Part shown: in pieces, positions 1 to 8,873 of the stretch
How positions within the stretch are numbered: position 1 is the first letter of the stretch
Layout: the number at the start of each line of letters is the position of its first letter
Source of the DNA: an uncultured bacterium
Lineage (GTDB): Bacteria; Patescibacteriota; JABMPQ01; CAVVCK01
Reading direction: 5' to 3'
Assembly (NCBI GenBank): GCA_963746775.1
Contig: CAVVCK010000001.1
Span: 339,050-403,049, forward strand
Length of the DNA: 64,000 nucleotides
Position numbers and translations under genes: made by a program
Notes under the pieces: model-generated
The model's database searches: none
Told to the model about the DNA's origin: nothing
Seen by the model: only the letters and a program-made list of their open reading frames with translations

Positions 1-708
1 ATAAGTCATAATTTTCAAACCATCTGTGATTTGTGCCAGATACTCAAAATCCATCCCACCCGCCCAATCTATGGCCGGTGTAGAAATTGTTACTTTTGAT
101 CCAGTAATATTATTGTGAATTGTATTAGTTAGATCATGCATGAAATCATTGAATTCCTCCTTTTCAGCTTTTCCAACATATTCAAAGTCAATATTTACGC
201 CATCGCAATTAGTACTTTGCACTTCCTTTAATATATTAGAAATGGCATTCTGCCTGTTAGTTTTACTTCCCAAGAGTTCTACTATTTGATCCGAATCAAA
301 GTTCATAATACTTAAAACAACTCTTACTCCATTAGAATGTGCCTTATTAATTAATTTTATATAAGGCCAGCCATGCCTATCTGTAATCTCACCCCTTTGG
401 TCTATAACTATGGCATGAAAGGCAATATCGGTTAAAAGTTCGTAATCATAATCTAAGTACGAATCAGAGCCCCAATAAGGATAAAAACCAAATACAGTCT
501 TTTTAACCCTTGGACTCTCTGAAGTCGAGAGAGAAATTATTTTTTCACTAGATTCAAACTCAGCAGCTTTAACACCCTCATTTTTCTCTGAATCAATTTG
601 ATGAACACTTTTATAATTTGAAATATCGGCTGCAAAAATATTATTTCCATAAATTAAAAAAGACAGAACTAACAAGAAACTTGATATGATTTTTGTTTTT
701 TGTTTCAT
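1..708 (-). CDS. Secreted glycoside hydrolase family 18-like protein, partial (C-terminus beyond window start). N-terminal signal peptide MKQKTKIISSFLLVLSFLIYG.
   Basis: Hand translation of the minus strand from the ATG at 706-708. It contains FGFYPYWG and the catalytic-type motif DGVNIDFEY (DxxDxDxE variant with N at the second Asp). It is not in the ORF track because it runs off the window edge. Confidence 0.55.
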   Translation of the reverse strand, partial: MKQKTKIISSFLLVLSFLIYGNNIFAADISNYKSVHQIDSEKNEGVKAAEFESSEKIISLSTSESPRVKKTVFGFYPYWGSDSYLDYDYELLTDIAFHAIVIDQRGEITDRHGWPYIKLINKAHSNGVRVVLSIMNFDSDQIVELLGSKTNRQNAISNILKEVQSTNCDGVNIDFEYVGKAEKEEFNDFMHDLTNTIHNNITGSKVTISTPAIDWAGGMDFEYLAQITDGLKIMTY

Positions 709-710
709 TA

Positions 711-1838
711 TTATAAATTTGGTTTAATATATTCTATTTCTCTAAAATCATCTTCTTCCCACTTTTCTTTGTCTTCTTCTAAATTAACTATAGCCATCTT
801 GGGAGTTTCAACTTTATTTTTATAATGACTCAATTTACTATTATTTCCCCCGCTAGAAAAAATCGTTACCAGTTGATTATTAAATATAATGTCCGCACCA
901 TTTTCTTTTGGCTCATGGCTTCTTAACATAACTCTAGCTCCAATTTGACTCATAAATTTTTTAAAAGCCCCTTCTCCGAATTCAACAAATTCAGCTTCTT
1001 CTGGTTTATCTTTTTTTTCAGGCTCTCTATCAATATTAGGGATTGTTTCTGCGCTTTTAAACCCCGGGTCATTCCAGCGCATTTGTTCTAATATTCTCTC
1101 ATTATTTAGTTGCCGCAAAGTATCTACTCCTTTGTTGGGAATACCACCATGAACTGCCGCTATTCCACTAGCAGTTAAAACTATTCCGGGCAGTTCTTTA
1201 AATAAATCAACATATTCTGACAGAAGCTCCAGGCCTTTAACACGATTATTATGCTCCCTTCTTGGATAAACCTCTTTAAGTATAGATTTAAATAAGCAAT
1301 TATATCCATATATTGTTCCCAGCATGCTTTGATCCATCCCTTCATGATTCCCCCTCATTAAAATAACATTTTCTGGGTATCTTTCCTTGAGCTTTAGTAC
1401 CAATCCTAATGCTCCGATGCTATCTTCCCCTCGATTAGCATAATCACCTTCGAAAATTAAAACTTTTTCTTGATCACCTCTTTCCATGCCCTCAATAAAA
1501 CCACTCTGCTCAACAGCTGAAATAACAGCCTCTGAATCACCATGAATATCACCAATAAAAATACCTTCCCCCCGACGCGGCAAATAAGCTACCTTGCCAT
1601 CAACAAAATATTCACTACCATAAGGACCATTTTCAATTTCTGAAATTTTTTTATTATCAGCCAAAAAACCTTTTCCCTTTTCTCGTTCTTTTTCTAATAT
1701 TCCCCTAATATTAGTTATTAATTCTTTTATTTTTTCTGGCCTTCTTTCGCTGGCCATTTCATAAATTTCCCTCTTTGCACCAATGATATGTTGTTCTAGT
1801 TCAATTTCCTCCTGTTCTTCTGATCCTCTTTCTGTCAT
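711..1838 (-). CDS. PPP-family Ser/Thr protein phosphatase (calcineurin-like metallophosphoesterase)
   Basis: Metallophosphoesterase motifs GDIHGD, GDYANRGEDS and RGNHE. Confidence 0.8.
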   Translation of the reverse strand: MTERGSEEQEEIELEQHIIGAKREIYEMASERRPEKIKELITNIRGILEKEREKGKGFLADNKKISEIENGPYGSEYFVDGKVAYLPRRGEGIFIGDIHGDSEAVISAVEQSGFIEGMERGDQEKVLIFEGDYANRGEDSIGALGLVLKLKERYPENVILMRGNHEGMDQSMLGTIYGYNCLFKSILKEVYPRREHNNRVKGLELLSEYVDLFKELPGIVLTASGIAAVHGGIPNKGVDTLRQLNNERILEQMRWNDPGFKSAETIPNIDREPEKKDKPEEAEFVEFGEGAFKKFMSQIGARVMLRSHEPKENGADIIFNNQLVTIFSSGGNNSKLSHYKNKVETPKMAIVNLEEDKEKWEEDDFREIEYIKPNL

Positions 1839-1861
1839 ACAATTTTTATTAATTAATTGAC

Positions 1862-2563
1862 TTACTCTTTACGACTCGCCTCCATCTTATCTTTAATTTC
1901 CTGCAAACGAGAAAGCCGTTCTGTTATAAATTGAGGTCCCCTGTCATTTGATATTTTTCCTATCTCTTCCATTAAATCATAGAATTCATTCATCTTTCTG
2001 CCATAAGGAGTATCAAGCATTTCTTCCCGAAATCCTTCAGCCTCTCTTTCTGCTCTTTCTAAATCTTCCTCCAAGACTTTTTTGTTTCCCTCTTTGGGAA
2101 CATTTATTTTTCTTTTTATTTCCTTAATTCTTCCCAAGGCTACTTCGTAATATTTGCTTAAATCTAAACAAATTTCATAACCATTTGAATCATCTTCTTT
2201 AGATTTTTCTCTCTCGCTAATAAGCTTGCTTATTCGCTTTAAAATTCCCCGATACTCACTGATCTCATCATCTATAAAAGATTTTATTAAATTTTTACTA
2301 TCTTTATTATCTTCTCTTTCTAAAATAACTTTTAAAATATCTTCTTTAAATATCTCTTCTCTTCCATCATTAGAAAATTTGGACAAATATAAATCTTTGC
2401 TTCTATCACCTGCCAAGGGAACTTCCGAATATAATCTTTCTCTTTCTTGAAGTTCATTCTTAATTTCATGAGCATAATTTAAGATATCGTCTTTCGGGTA
2501 TCTTTCTAACTCGGGATTATCCCATCTAAAATCGTTAGGACCCTCCCTATTAAATTCTCCCAT
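1862..2563 (-). CDS. Hypothetical charged/coiled-coil protein, co-directional with the phosphatase
   Basis: Long ORF with K/E-rich low-complexity sequence and no recognisable motif. Confidence 0.5.
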   Translation of the reverse strand: MGEFNREGPNDFRWDNPELERYPKDDILNYAHEIKNELQERERLYSEVPLAGDRSKDLYLSKFSNDGREEIFKEDILKVILEREDNKDSKNLIKSFIDDEISEYRGILKRISKLISEREKSKEDDSNGYEICLDLSKYYEVALGRIKEIKRKINVPKEGNKKVLEEDLERAEREAEGFREEMLDTPYGRKMNEFYDLMEEIGKISNDRGPQFITERLSRLQEIKDKMEASRKE

Positions 2564-2578
2564 AAATTTACTTTTTTA

Positions 2579-3469
2579 TTAAATTTTTATTCCTCTTAGA
2601 TTCTTAATCCGATCTTCAACCAAAGGATGGGTAGAAAAAAGCTTATTCATAAAACCTTTTTTTCGAAAAGGATTACTAATATAGAGATGAGCCGTTGCTT
2701 TATTAGCTCGAATGACACTAGAATTCTGGGAAATCTTTTCCAAAGCAGAAGCTAAACCTTCTGGATAACGAGTTAAAAGCGCTCCATCAGCATCTGCTAG
2801 AAATTCTCTTTTTCGAGATAAAGCGGCCTGCATAACAGCAGCAACAATAGGAGATAATATTGATAAAACTATAGCCGCAATCATCATAATCATACCAAAT
2901 TGCCCCGAATCTCTATCTTTTCCTCTGCGGCCAAAAAAACTCCAGCGCATAAACCAATCAGCAAGTAGAGTTACGAAACCCACTAAAACAACAATGACTG
3001 TTGATAACAAAATATCGCGATTGCCAATATGAGATAATTCATGAGCAATTACCCCCTCTAATTCTGATTTTTCTAAAGAATTTACTAATCCAGAAGTCAA
3101 AGCTATAACGGAGTGTTCCGGATTTCTGCCAGTGGCAAAAGCATTCATGCCGCTATCTTCTATTATATAAATTTTAGGGACAGATAGCCCCGCTGTAATG
3201 CATAAATTTTCCACCAAATGATAAATTTCTTTGTTATTTTCATGATTAATTTCATAAGCACCGCTCATCAATAAAACAATTTTATCCGACCACCAATAGC
3301 TAACAAAACTCATAATAACACTAAAAAAGACAGCCAAAAACAAAACTCCTTGGCTATCCATAACATAACTAAAAATATATCCGACTCCTATGACAAATAT
3401 AAAAAATAAAGTCATTAAAAGCCAAGTTTTTCTTATATTTGAATCTTTATGAGTATAGAGTGTGGCCAT
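2579..3469 (-). CDS. htpX: Zinc metalloprotease HtpX (M48 family)
   Basis: HELSH zinc motif, four TM segments and an HtpX-like N-terminus. Confidence 0.85.
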   Translation of the reverse strand: MATLYTHKDSNIRKTWLLMTLFFIFVIGVGYIFSYVMDSQGVLFLAVFFSVIMSFVSYWWSDKIVLLMSGAYEINHENNKEIYHLVENLCITAGLSVPKIYIIEDSGMNAFATGRNPEHSVIALTSGLVNSLEKSELEGVIAHELSHIGNRDILLSTVIVVLVGFVTLLADWFMRWSFFGRRGKDRDSGQFGMIMMIAAIVLSILSPIVAAVMQAALSRKREFLADADGALLTRYPEGLASALEKISQNSSVIRANKATAHLYISNPFRKKGFMNKLFSTHPLVEDRIKNLRGIKI

Positions 3470-3549
3470 AGATCAATATAACAAGATAACAAAATAACAA
3501 TAAAAAACAAGTTTTATAAAAATTGTTATTTTGTTTTTATGTTCTTGCG

Positions 3550-4125
3550 TTATTTTGATTCACTAAAATCAACCTTAGGTGCTTCTTTTTCCCCTTCTTC
3601 TATTTCAAAGAAATCAGCCGGCTTGAAACCAAACATAGAAGCAATTAAATTAGTTGGAAATTGCTCCTGTTTAGTATTGTAATCTCTAGTGTTACCATTA
3701 TAAAATCTTCTTGATGCTTGAATTTTGTTTTCTGTATCAGACAGTTCCTGCTGTAAAGCTAAAAAATTCTGATTAGCTTTTAAATCAGGATAAGCTTCAG
3801 ATACAGCGAATAATGATTTTAAAGCTCCCGACAACATATTTTCAGCTTGAGCACTTTCTGCTGCATTACCAGATTTTTCTGCCTGCATAGCTTTTGATCT
3901 AGCTTCAGTTACTTCCTGAAAAACTTTATTCTCATGCCCAGCATAACCTTTTACAGTTTCAATTAAATTTGGAATTAAGTCATAGCGCCTCTTTAACTGG
4001 ACATCAATGTCCGACCAGGCTTCCTTGACTCGGTTACGCATTTTTACCAGACCATTATAGGTAGCAATAAGCCAAGCTACCACTACTGCAATCGCACCCA
4101 TAAAAACGAAGAAAATAATACCCAT
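3550..4125 (-). CDS. LemA family membrane protein
   Basis: N-terminal TM segment plus the LemA signature (DVQLKRRYDLIPNL). LemA and HtpX are a common gene pair. Confidence 0.8.
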   Translation of the reverse strand: MGIIFFVFMGAIAVVVAWLIATYNGLVKMRNRVKEAWSDIDVQLKRRYDLIPNLIETVKGYAGHENKVFQEVTEARSKAMQAEKSGNAAESAQAENMLSGALKSLFAVSEAYPDLKANQNFLALQQELSDTENKIQASRRFYNGNTRDYNTKQEQFPTNLIASMFGFKPADFFEIEEGEKEAPKVDFSESK

Positions 4126-4157
4126 AGTTTTTATTTTAATTAATAAATTATATTATA

Positions 4158-4838
4158 TTATATTTTATCATTTATTAGTCCATCTTTCAATCTAATTGTC
4201 TTTTTGGCATATTCGGCAATTTCTTCTTCATGGGTTACCATAATGATTGTTTTACCAGCTTTATTTAAATTTTTTAAAATTTCCATTATTTCTAGCCCTT
4301 TTCGGGTATCAAGATTTCCCGTAGGTTCATCAGCTAATATAATTGAAGGACTATTAATTAAAGCTCTGGCTATAGCAATTCTTTGTTGCTCTCCTCCGGA
4401 TATCTCATTGGGCTTATGTTTCGTGCGATGAAATAAACCTACTTCTTTCAAGGCCTTTTCGGCTTTTCTTTTTCTATTTTTATAACTAATCCTCTTTTTA
4501 TTATACGACAAAGGCAGCATTACATTTTCGAGAGCACTATGGCGTGATAATAAATTAAACATTTGAAAAACGAATCCTATTTTGTTATTTCTAATTCGAG
4601 CAAGCTCTTTCTTACTTTTCTGGTCTACTCTTTTACCACTCAACAAATAACCGCCTGCGGTAGGAGTATCCAGAAGTCCTATCAAATTCATTAAAGTTGT
4701 TTTACCACTACCTGATGGCCCCATTAAGGCTATAAAATCTCCTTTCTCAACCTCCAAAGAGATATTCTGCAAAGCTTCAACTTTAACTTTGCCCAAGCTA
4801 TAAGTTTTCTTTATATTTTTTAATTCTATTAAGGGCAT
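4158..4838 (-). CDS. ABC transporter ATP-binding protein (MacB/LolD-type)
   Basis: Walker A GPSGSGKTT, ABC signature LSGGEQQRIAIARAL and Walker B ILADEPT. Confidence 0.9.
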   Translation of the reverse strand: MPLIELKNIKKTYSLGKVKVEALQNISLEVEKGDFIALMGPSGSGKTTLMNLIGLLDTPTAGGYLLSGKRVDQKSKKELARIRNNKIGFVFQMFNLLSRHSALENVMLPLSYNKKRISYKNRKRKAEKALKEVGLFHRTKHKPNEISGGEQQRIAIARALINSPSIILADEPTGNLDTRKGLEIMEILKNLNKAGKTIIMVTHEEEIAEYAKKTIRLKDGLINDKI

Positions 4839-4900
4839 ATTTAAATTTAATTAACTTTTTTATATTAAATAATTACACGCGGATTTAAAATTTATATTTT

Positions 4901-4962
4901 ATACATACAGGTTTGAAACCTAAACATATTTTGTACATACAGGTTTGAAACCTGTATCTACC
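4901..4962 (-). repeat. REP-like palindromic repeat family 1, two tandem units (ACATACAGGTTTGAAACCTGTAT) fused to the stop codon of the LCP gene
   Basis: Same ~26-bp unit is seen at 14801-14880, 22568-22652, 59694-59718 and 63343-63420. The last unit ends ...CCTGTATCTACC and overlaps the TAG stop. On the minus strand each unit starts with GTAG. Confidence 0.8.
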
Positions 4963-5996
4963 TACCTCAAATACTTCTCTACCATCTTCTCCTTCCCCTC
5001 TTCATCAATCACCCAAAAATACAAATTCTTTCCAAAATTTTCTACATACAAGGTTTCCCCATGTCCCGGAACAAAATCAGTTTTTATATCGCCTAAACTT
5101 AATTTTCCAAATCTTCTCACAAAAGTTGTCGCTCCAAACATTCCTGCTCTGGCAAAATCAATATTGATTTCAGCGTTATCACTTTCTTTCAAGTAATTAT
5201 AAACTTTCTGCGCAGTATCTTTATTTTTCATTTGACTTAAAACTGCTCTAAATACTTTCCTTTGATCATCAGTTCTAGCAAAGTCCCCTCCAGCTCTATA
5301 TCGATCACGCACCTGAGCTAGCGCTTTTTCCCCATCATAATACCCGTCATCAGTCCACACTCCACCTACCATATCCACAACATCTTTAAAGCTCTCAAAA
5401 GTAAATTCTACTGTGCCATTAATTTTTATACCTAAAAAATCTTCAATAGTCTTTTGGGTTAATTTAATATTACCAATACTAGATTTATCAGTTAAATCTC
5501 CATAAATATAAGCATGGGTAATTTTATCCAAACCATGTCCTTCAATATTTACCCGGCTATCTCTTGGAATGGTAATTAGGCTGGTTGGTTTACTAGGATT
5601 CTTGGGAATAGAAAAAATCATTAAAACATCAGAACGTGCCCGCTCCTCTCCCCTTCTATCACAACCTACAATTAAAATATTATATCGATCAGGCATTAGC
5701 GCATAAACAATTCCAAATAATAAAATTGGGATAATTATAATTAGAGGTAGGATTATTTTTAGGAATATTCGTCTTTTCTTTTTTTTCCCTTTGCCCGCCG
5801 TAGCTGCCTCCTTCGCCGAAGTAGCTACGGAGGCCGAGTTGGCGGAGGAGGGTTTGTCCGCCGAAGTTTTAACGAAGGATTTACCCGCTGTAGTTTTAAC
5901 AGAAGTAGACTTGTCCGCCACAGATTTGTCAAAAATAGATTCTTTTTTATTTATATTTTCTTCACTAACTTTTCCAAGCTTTATGATTTTTGGCAT
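4962..5996 (-). CDS. LytR-CpsA-Psr (LCP) family cell-envelope phosphotransferase
   Basis: N-terminal K/S-rich region, a TM segment, then the LCP core (ILIVGCDRRGEERARSDVLMIFSI...ITIPRDSRV). Confidence 0.8.
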   Translation of the reverse strand: MPKIIKLGKVSEENINKKESIFDKSVADKSTSVKTTAGKSFVKTSADKPSSANSASVATSAKEAATAGKGKKKKRRIFLKIILPLIIIIPILLFGIVYALMPDRYNILIVGCDRRGEERARSDVLMIFSIPKNPSKPTSLITIPRDSRVNIEGHGLDKITHAYIYGDLTDKSSIGNIKLTQKTIEDFLGIKINGTVEFTFESFKDVVDMVGGVWTDDGYYDGEKALAQVRDRYRAGGDFARTDDQRKVFRAVLSQMKNKDTAQKVYNYLKESDNAEINIDFARAGMFGATTFVRRFGKLSLGDIKTDFVPGHGETLYVENFGKNLYFWVIDEEGKEKMVEKYLR

Positions 5997-6026
5997 ATGT
6001 TTATATTATATTTTATTCTCTTCTGT

Positions 6027-6090
6027 AGGTTGGTTTAAGTGAAACGAACCTAACATTCAATTGTTGGGTTTCTTAACTTCAACCCAACCT
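6027..6090. repeat. REP-like palindrome family 2, long variant (GTAGGTTGG...CCCAACCTAC)
   Basis: Inverted termini GTAGGTTGG and CCAACCTAC flank ~45 bp. It is related to the short family-2 copies at 49358, 51890 and 59626. Confidence 0.6.
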
Positions 6091-6931
6091 ACTTTATTTT
6101 TTTTGATTTTGATCCTATTTTAAAATTTTGTCCACTTACTACTTTTTTACCTGTTTTCTTTTCTAATTCCAAACGCGCATTTTTAGCTACTCTGCCACCC
6201 TTCTTAGCTGGACCTTTATTTTCTTTTAAACCTTTTGCCTCTACGGTTTCTGCGATTTGACGAGTAGAGAGTTCAGCTAAAGCAGTAAAAACTAATTCTG
6301 CATCGGTCATATGGTCACGCAAATTTTCTCTTTTTAGATTTTTTAAATTCTTATGTTCCCTGACTGATAATTCGCTCCATTCTCGATGAATAATATTAGT
6401 CAAAATAGCATATTCGTCTTTTTCCTTAACCTCATTATCTTTCCAATAATCCGTTAGTTTATTTCTGATTTCTTGTCCCATCATTCTTTGTTGAACCCAT
6501 TTCTTGCTTCTGCCCATTTTTTGCCAATAATCTCGAGAACGATTTAGGGCTTTTTCCGGATCATTTATTTCTTCTATGCGCTCATAACCTACCCTAGCTA
6601 ACCATAATTTTACCGGTTCGGCTTTAGGGCTGGGGATAGATTGAATTAGACGTAGTAGAGTTTCTGTATCGGCTGTATCAGTTTCACGCATTTTTCCATC
6701 TTCTGCTACCATTTTCAACCGGTGACATTTTGTCACCGCTTCACTTCCCTCTTTTTTAAGCCTTTCTGATAGTTTATTCCAATATTTTCTGACAGTTTGA
6801 TAATTAGGTTGTTCAATTAAAATCTGAACAATATCAATAATAGAAAAATACCATTTTTCTTTTTTCTCATCCCAAATCCGCCTAATTTTTTTATCTTTAA
6901 ATATGGCTAATTTTTGAGATTGTTTTTTCAT
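6089..6931 (-). CDS. DNA-damage-inducible protein D (DinD/Bro-N-like) family protein
   Basis: Strong resemblance to the DinD family (YFSIIDIVQIL, HRLKMVAEDGKMRETDTADTETLLRLIQSIPSPKAEPVKLWLARVGYERIEEI). Confidence 0.7.
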   Translation of the reverse strand: MKKQSQKLAIFKDKKIRRIWDEKKEKWYFSIIDIVQILIEQPNYQTVRKYWNKLSERLKKEGSEAVTKCHRLKMVAEDGKMRETDTADTETLLRLIQSIPSPKAEPVKLWLARVGYERIEEINDPEKALNRSRDYWQKMGRSKKWVQQRMMGQEIRNKLTDYWKDNEVKEKDEYAILTNIIHREWSELSVREHKNLKNLKRENLRDHMTDAELVFTALAELSTRQIAETVEAKGLKENKGPAKKGGRVAKNARLELEKKTGKKVVSGQNFKIGSKSKKIK

Positions 6932-6943
6932 GACTTTTTTTGA

Positions 6944-7489
6944 TTAACTATTAGATTCCGATAGTTCAGCGTAATTCACATGTATTTTTCTATATTTTTC
7001 TTTATAAATTTCAATAACACTCCTTTTGTCATGTTTGCTTGAATCAATGCCAAATTCTTGTAAAAATTTATCAACCTTTCTTTTATCTGATAAATTAAAT
7101 TTTACTTCCAAAAACATTCCTAGTTCCTTTGTAGTATCAAGATCAAAACGAATAAACTCATTTTTCCAAGTTTGGCGATATTTATGAAAGGTAAAAATTG
7201 GCAAATATCCCAGTCTCTCAAGAATAGACTGAACTTGATCAGCTCTTTGTATATCCGACTCAAAATGTTCCCACTCACCAGTTTTATTATCACGAATTTT
7301 CATATCTAATTTTTGTACACCTTGAGACTTCTTAATTCGCAAGATTGAATAAAAATTATCATTAGTATTTGGAACTTCAAAATATATATACGCATATTTA
7401 ACAGCAGGACCAAACTCAACATTTTTTACTTTTACCTTATTTTTAAAATCATCTTCTACCTGAAATTTATATTGAACTTTCTTTTCCAT
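6944..7489 (-). CDS. CYTH-domain protein (CyaB/thiamine-triphosphatase-like). Start re-called at the internal Met MEKKVQYKF.
   Basis: The ORF-track N-terminal extension is R-rich and overlaps the upstream terminator hairpin. Downstream of Met52 the protein shows an EVKFNL-type CYTH beta-barrel pattern. Confidence 0.45.
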   Translation of the reverse strand: MEKKVQYKFQVEDDFKNKVKVKNVEFGPAVKYAYIYFEVPNTNDNFYSILRIKKSQGVQKLDMKIRDNKTGEWEHFESDIQRADQVQSILERLGYLPIFTFHKYRQTWKNEFIRFDLDTTKELGMFLEVKFNLSDKRKVDKFLQEFGIDSSKHDKRSVIEIYKEKYRKIHVNYAELSESNS

Positions 7490-7577
7490 AAAATATTTGT
7501 TATTTATACTCAAAATCACAAGAACATTGTGAAAACCCCTCCTACCTCCCCTTGGTAAGGGGAGAATTAAAATTATT

Positions 7578-8804
7578 CTATTCATACCGCAGCGCCTCAA
7601 TCGGATTCTTTCTCGCTGCCTTAACTGCCGGAGCCACTCCAAATATTATACCTACTAAAACTGAAATAGAAAAAGCCAAAACCAAAGCATATAAAGTAAT
7701 TTGTGGCTCAATTGGTGAATATTTCGATATAAAGAATGATCCTACATAAGCAAGCCCTACTCCCAATCCTCCACCTATTAAACTTATCACTGTGGCTTCA
7801 ATTAAAAACTGAACCATGATATTGCCAGACGTTGCACCCAAAGCTTTTCTAATGCCAATCTCTCGAGTACGTTCTGTAACAGATACCAACATAATATTCA
7901 TAATACCAATGCCGCCAACCAATAAAGATATAGCGGCAATACCAGAAAGCAAAGTGGTAATTAAGCTAATTATTTGCTCAAACATAGCTAACATATCTTG
8001 TTGAGTCATCACAGAAAAATCTTCATTGCCTTCATGTCTTTCCAATAATAATTCTTTGATTTGATTTTGTACGCTGCCAACTTCATCTTTATTACGTGCT
8101 TGCATAGTAATACGATTCAATTTATTAGTTTCAAACATCTCCTCAGCTACTGTAATCGGAATTACCGCCATTAAATTAGCATCGATTCCTATGCTACTTA
8201 ATCCTTCAGTTTTCATAGTACCTACTACTTCAAATTCTTCTTTATTTATTTCTATCTTTTTTTCCAAAGGGTCTTCTTCTCCAAATAAATCTTTTACTAT
8301 AGTATCACCTATTACCACAATTTTATTTTTATCATTCATGTCTTGATCATCAATAAATCTTCCTCTATTTAAATTATAAAATCCAATGAACTGCAATGTA
8401 GGCTCAGACCCTACTAGCATAGGTACTGCTTTTTTGCCCTCATAAATAAAATTGCCACCCACAAACATAATAGAAGAAACATTTTCTACCCCCTCAATCT
8501 TTTCTTCAATAGATTTTTTATCATCCAAAGTTAAAGTGGAAATACCAGCCACTCCGGCCATAGAAGACATACCGCCGCCATTACCATCATTATTGCCAGC
8601 TACTTGTCCCGGTAATACTATTATTAAATTAGACCCAATAGCTTCAATTTCAGAAGCTACTCCCTTTTTAACTCCTTCACCCATAGCTAGCAAAGTAATT
8701 ACGGAAGTAACTCCGATAATAATGCCAAGCATAGTCAAAAAAGCTCTAATTTTGTTAGATAGAATTGACTTTACAGCTATTTTTAGATTTTCTAATATAA
8801 GCAT
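7578..8804 (-). CDS. ABC transporter permease (MacB/FtsX family)
   Basis: N-terminal TM segment, a large periplasmic domain, then a C-terminal 3-TM FtsX domain. Confidence 0.85.
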   Translation of the reverse strand: MLILENLKIAVKSILSNKIRAFLTMLGIIIGVTSVITLLAMGEGVKKGVASEIEAIGSNLIIVLPGQVAGNNDGNGGGMSSMAGVAGISTLTLDDKKSIEEKIEGVENVSSIMFVGGNFIYEGKKAVPMLVGSEPTLQFIGFYNLNRGRFIDDQDMNDKNKIVVIGDTIVKDLFGEEDPLEKKIEINKEEFEVVGTMKTEGLSSIGIDANLMAVIPITVAEEMFETNKLNRITMQARNKDEVGSVQNQIKELLLERHEGNEDFSVMTQQDMLAMFEQIISLITTLLSGIAAISLLVGGIGIMNIMLVSVTERTREIGIRKALGATSGNIMVQFLIEATVISLIGGGLGVGLAYVGSFFISKYSPIEPQITLYALVLAFSISVLVGIIFGVAPAVKAARKNPIEALRYE

Positions 8805-8873
8805 GATAAGCTAGTATATAATTATTGTATTGTTATTATATCTAATAACTGCAAATCAAACAACCATCTAAAA

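Noticed and set aside
2226-2450. Antisense or embedded short ORFs: 2226-2450(+), 4204-4431(+), 4945-5196(+), 5791-6042(+), 7552-7749(+), 7816-8004(+), 8452-8814(+), 11749-12096(+), 12193-12390(+), 13677-13868(+), 14502-14708(+), 14987-15355(+), 15368-15736(+), 15814-16080(+), 17822-18016(+), 22522-22713(+), 22850-23059(+), 27425-27787(-), 28577-28768(-), 29339-29566(+), 32762-32956(+), 33102-33305(-), 33154-33471(+), 37494-37748(+), 40026-40280(-), 40585-40863(-), 40683-40988(-), 41463-41663(-), 42668-42850(-), 44082-44381(+), 44176-44370(-), 44697-44882(+), 48853-49086(+), 49496-49681(-), 51402-51605(-), 53030-53263(-), 53407-53631(-), 55472-55720(+), 56670-56852(-), 56973-57242(-), 57378-57608(-), 59212-59427(+), 60455-60871(+), 61562-61774(+)
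   Set aside because: Each lies inside, and antisense or out of frame to, a longer ORF with clear homology. Their S/L/F/I-rich composition is typical of AT-rich frame noise.
6944-7642. ORF-track N-terminal extension of the CYTH-like protein (MEWLRQLRQRERIRLRRCGMNRIIL...)
   Set aside because: The extension is Arg-rich, overlaps the terminator hairpin and the 3' end of the permease gene, and precedes a well-placed internal Met. The start was re-called at 7489.
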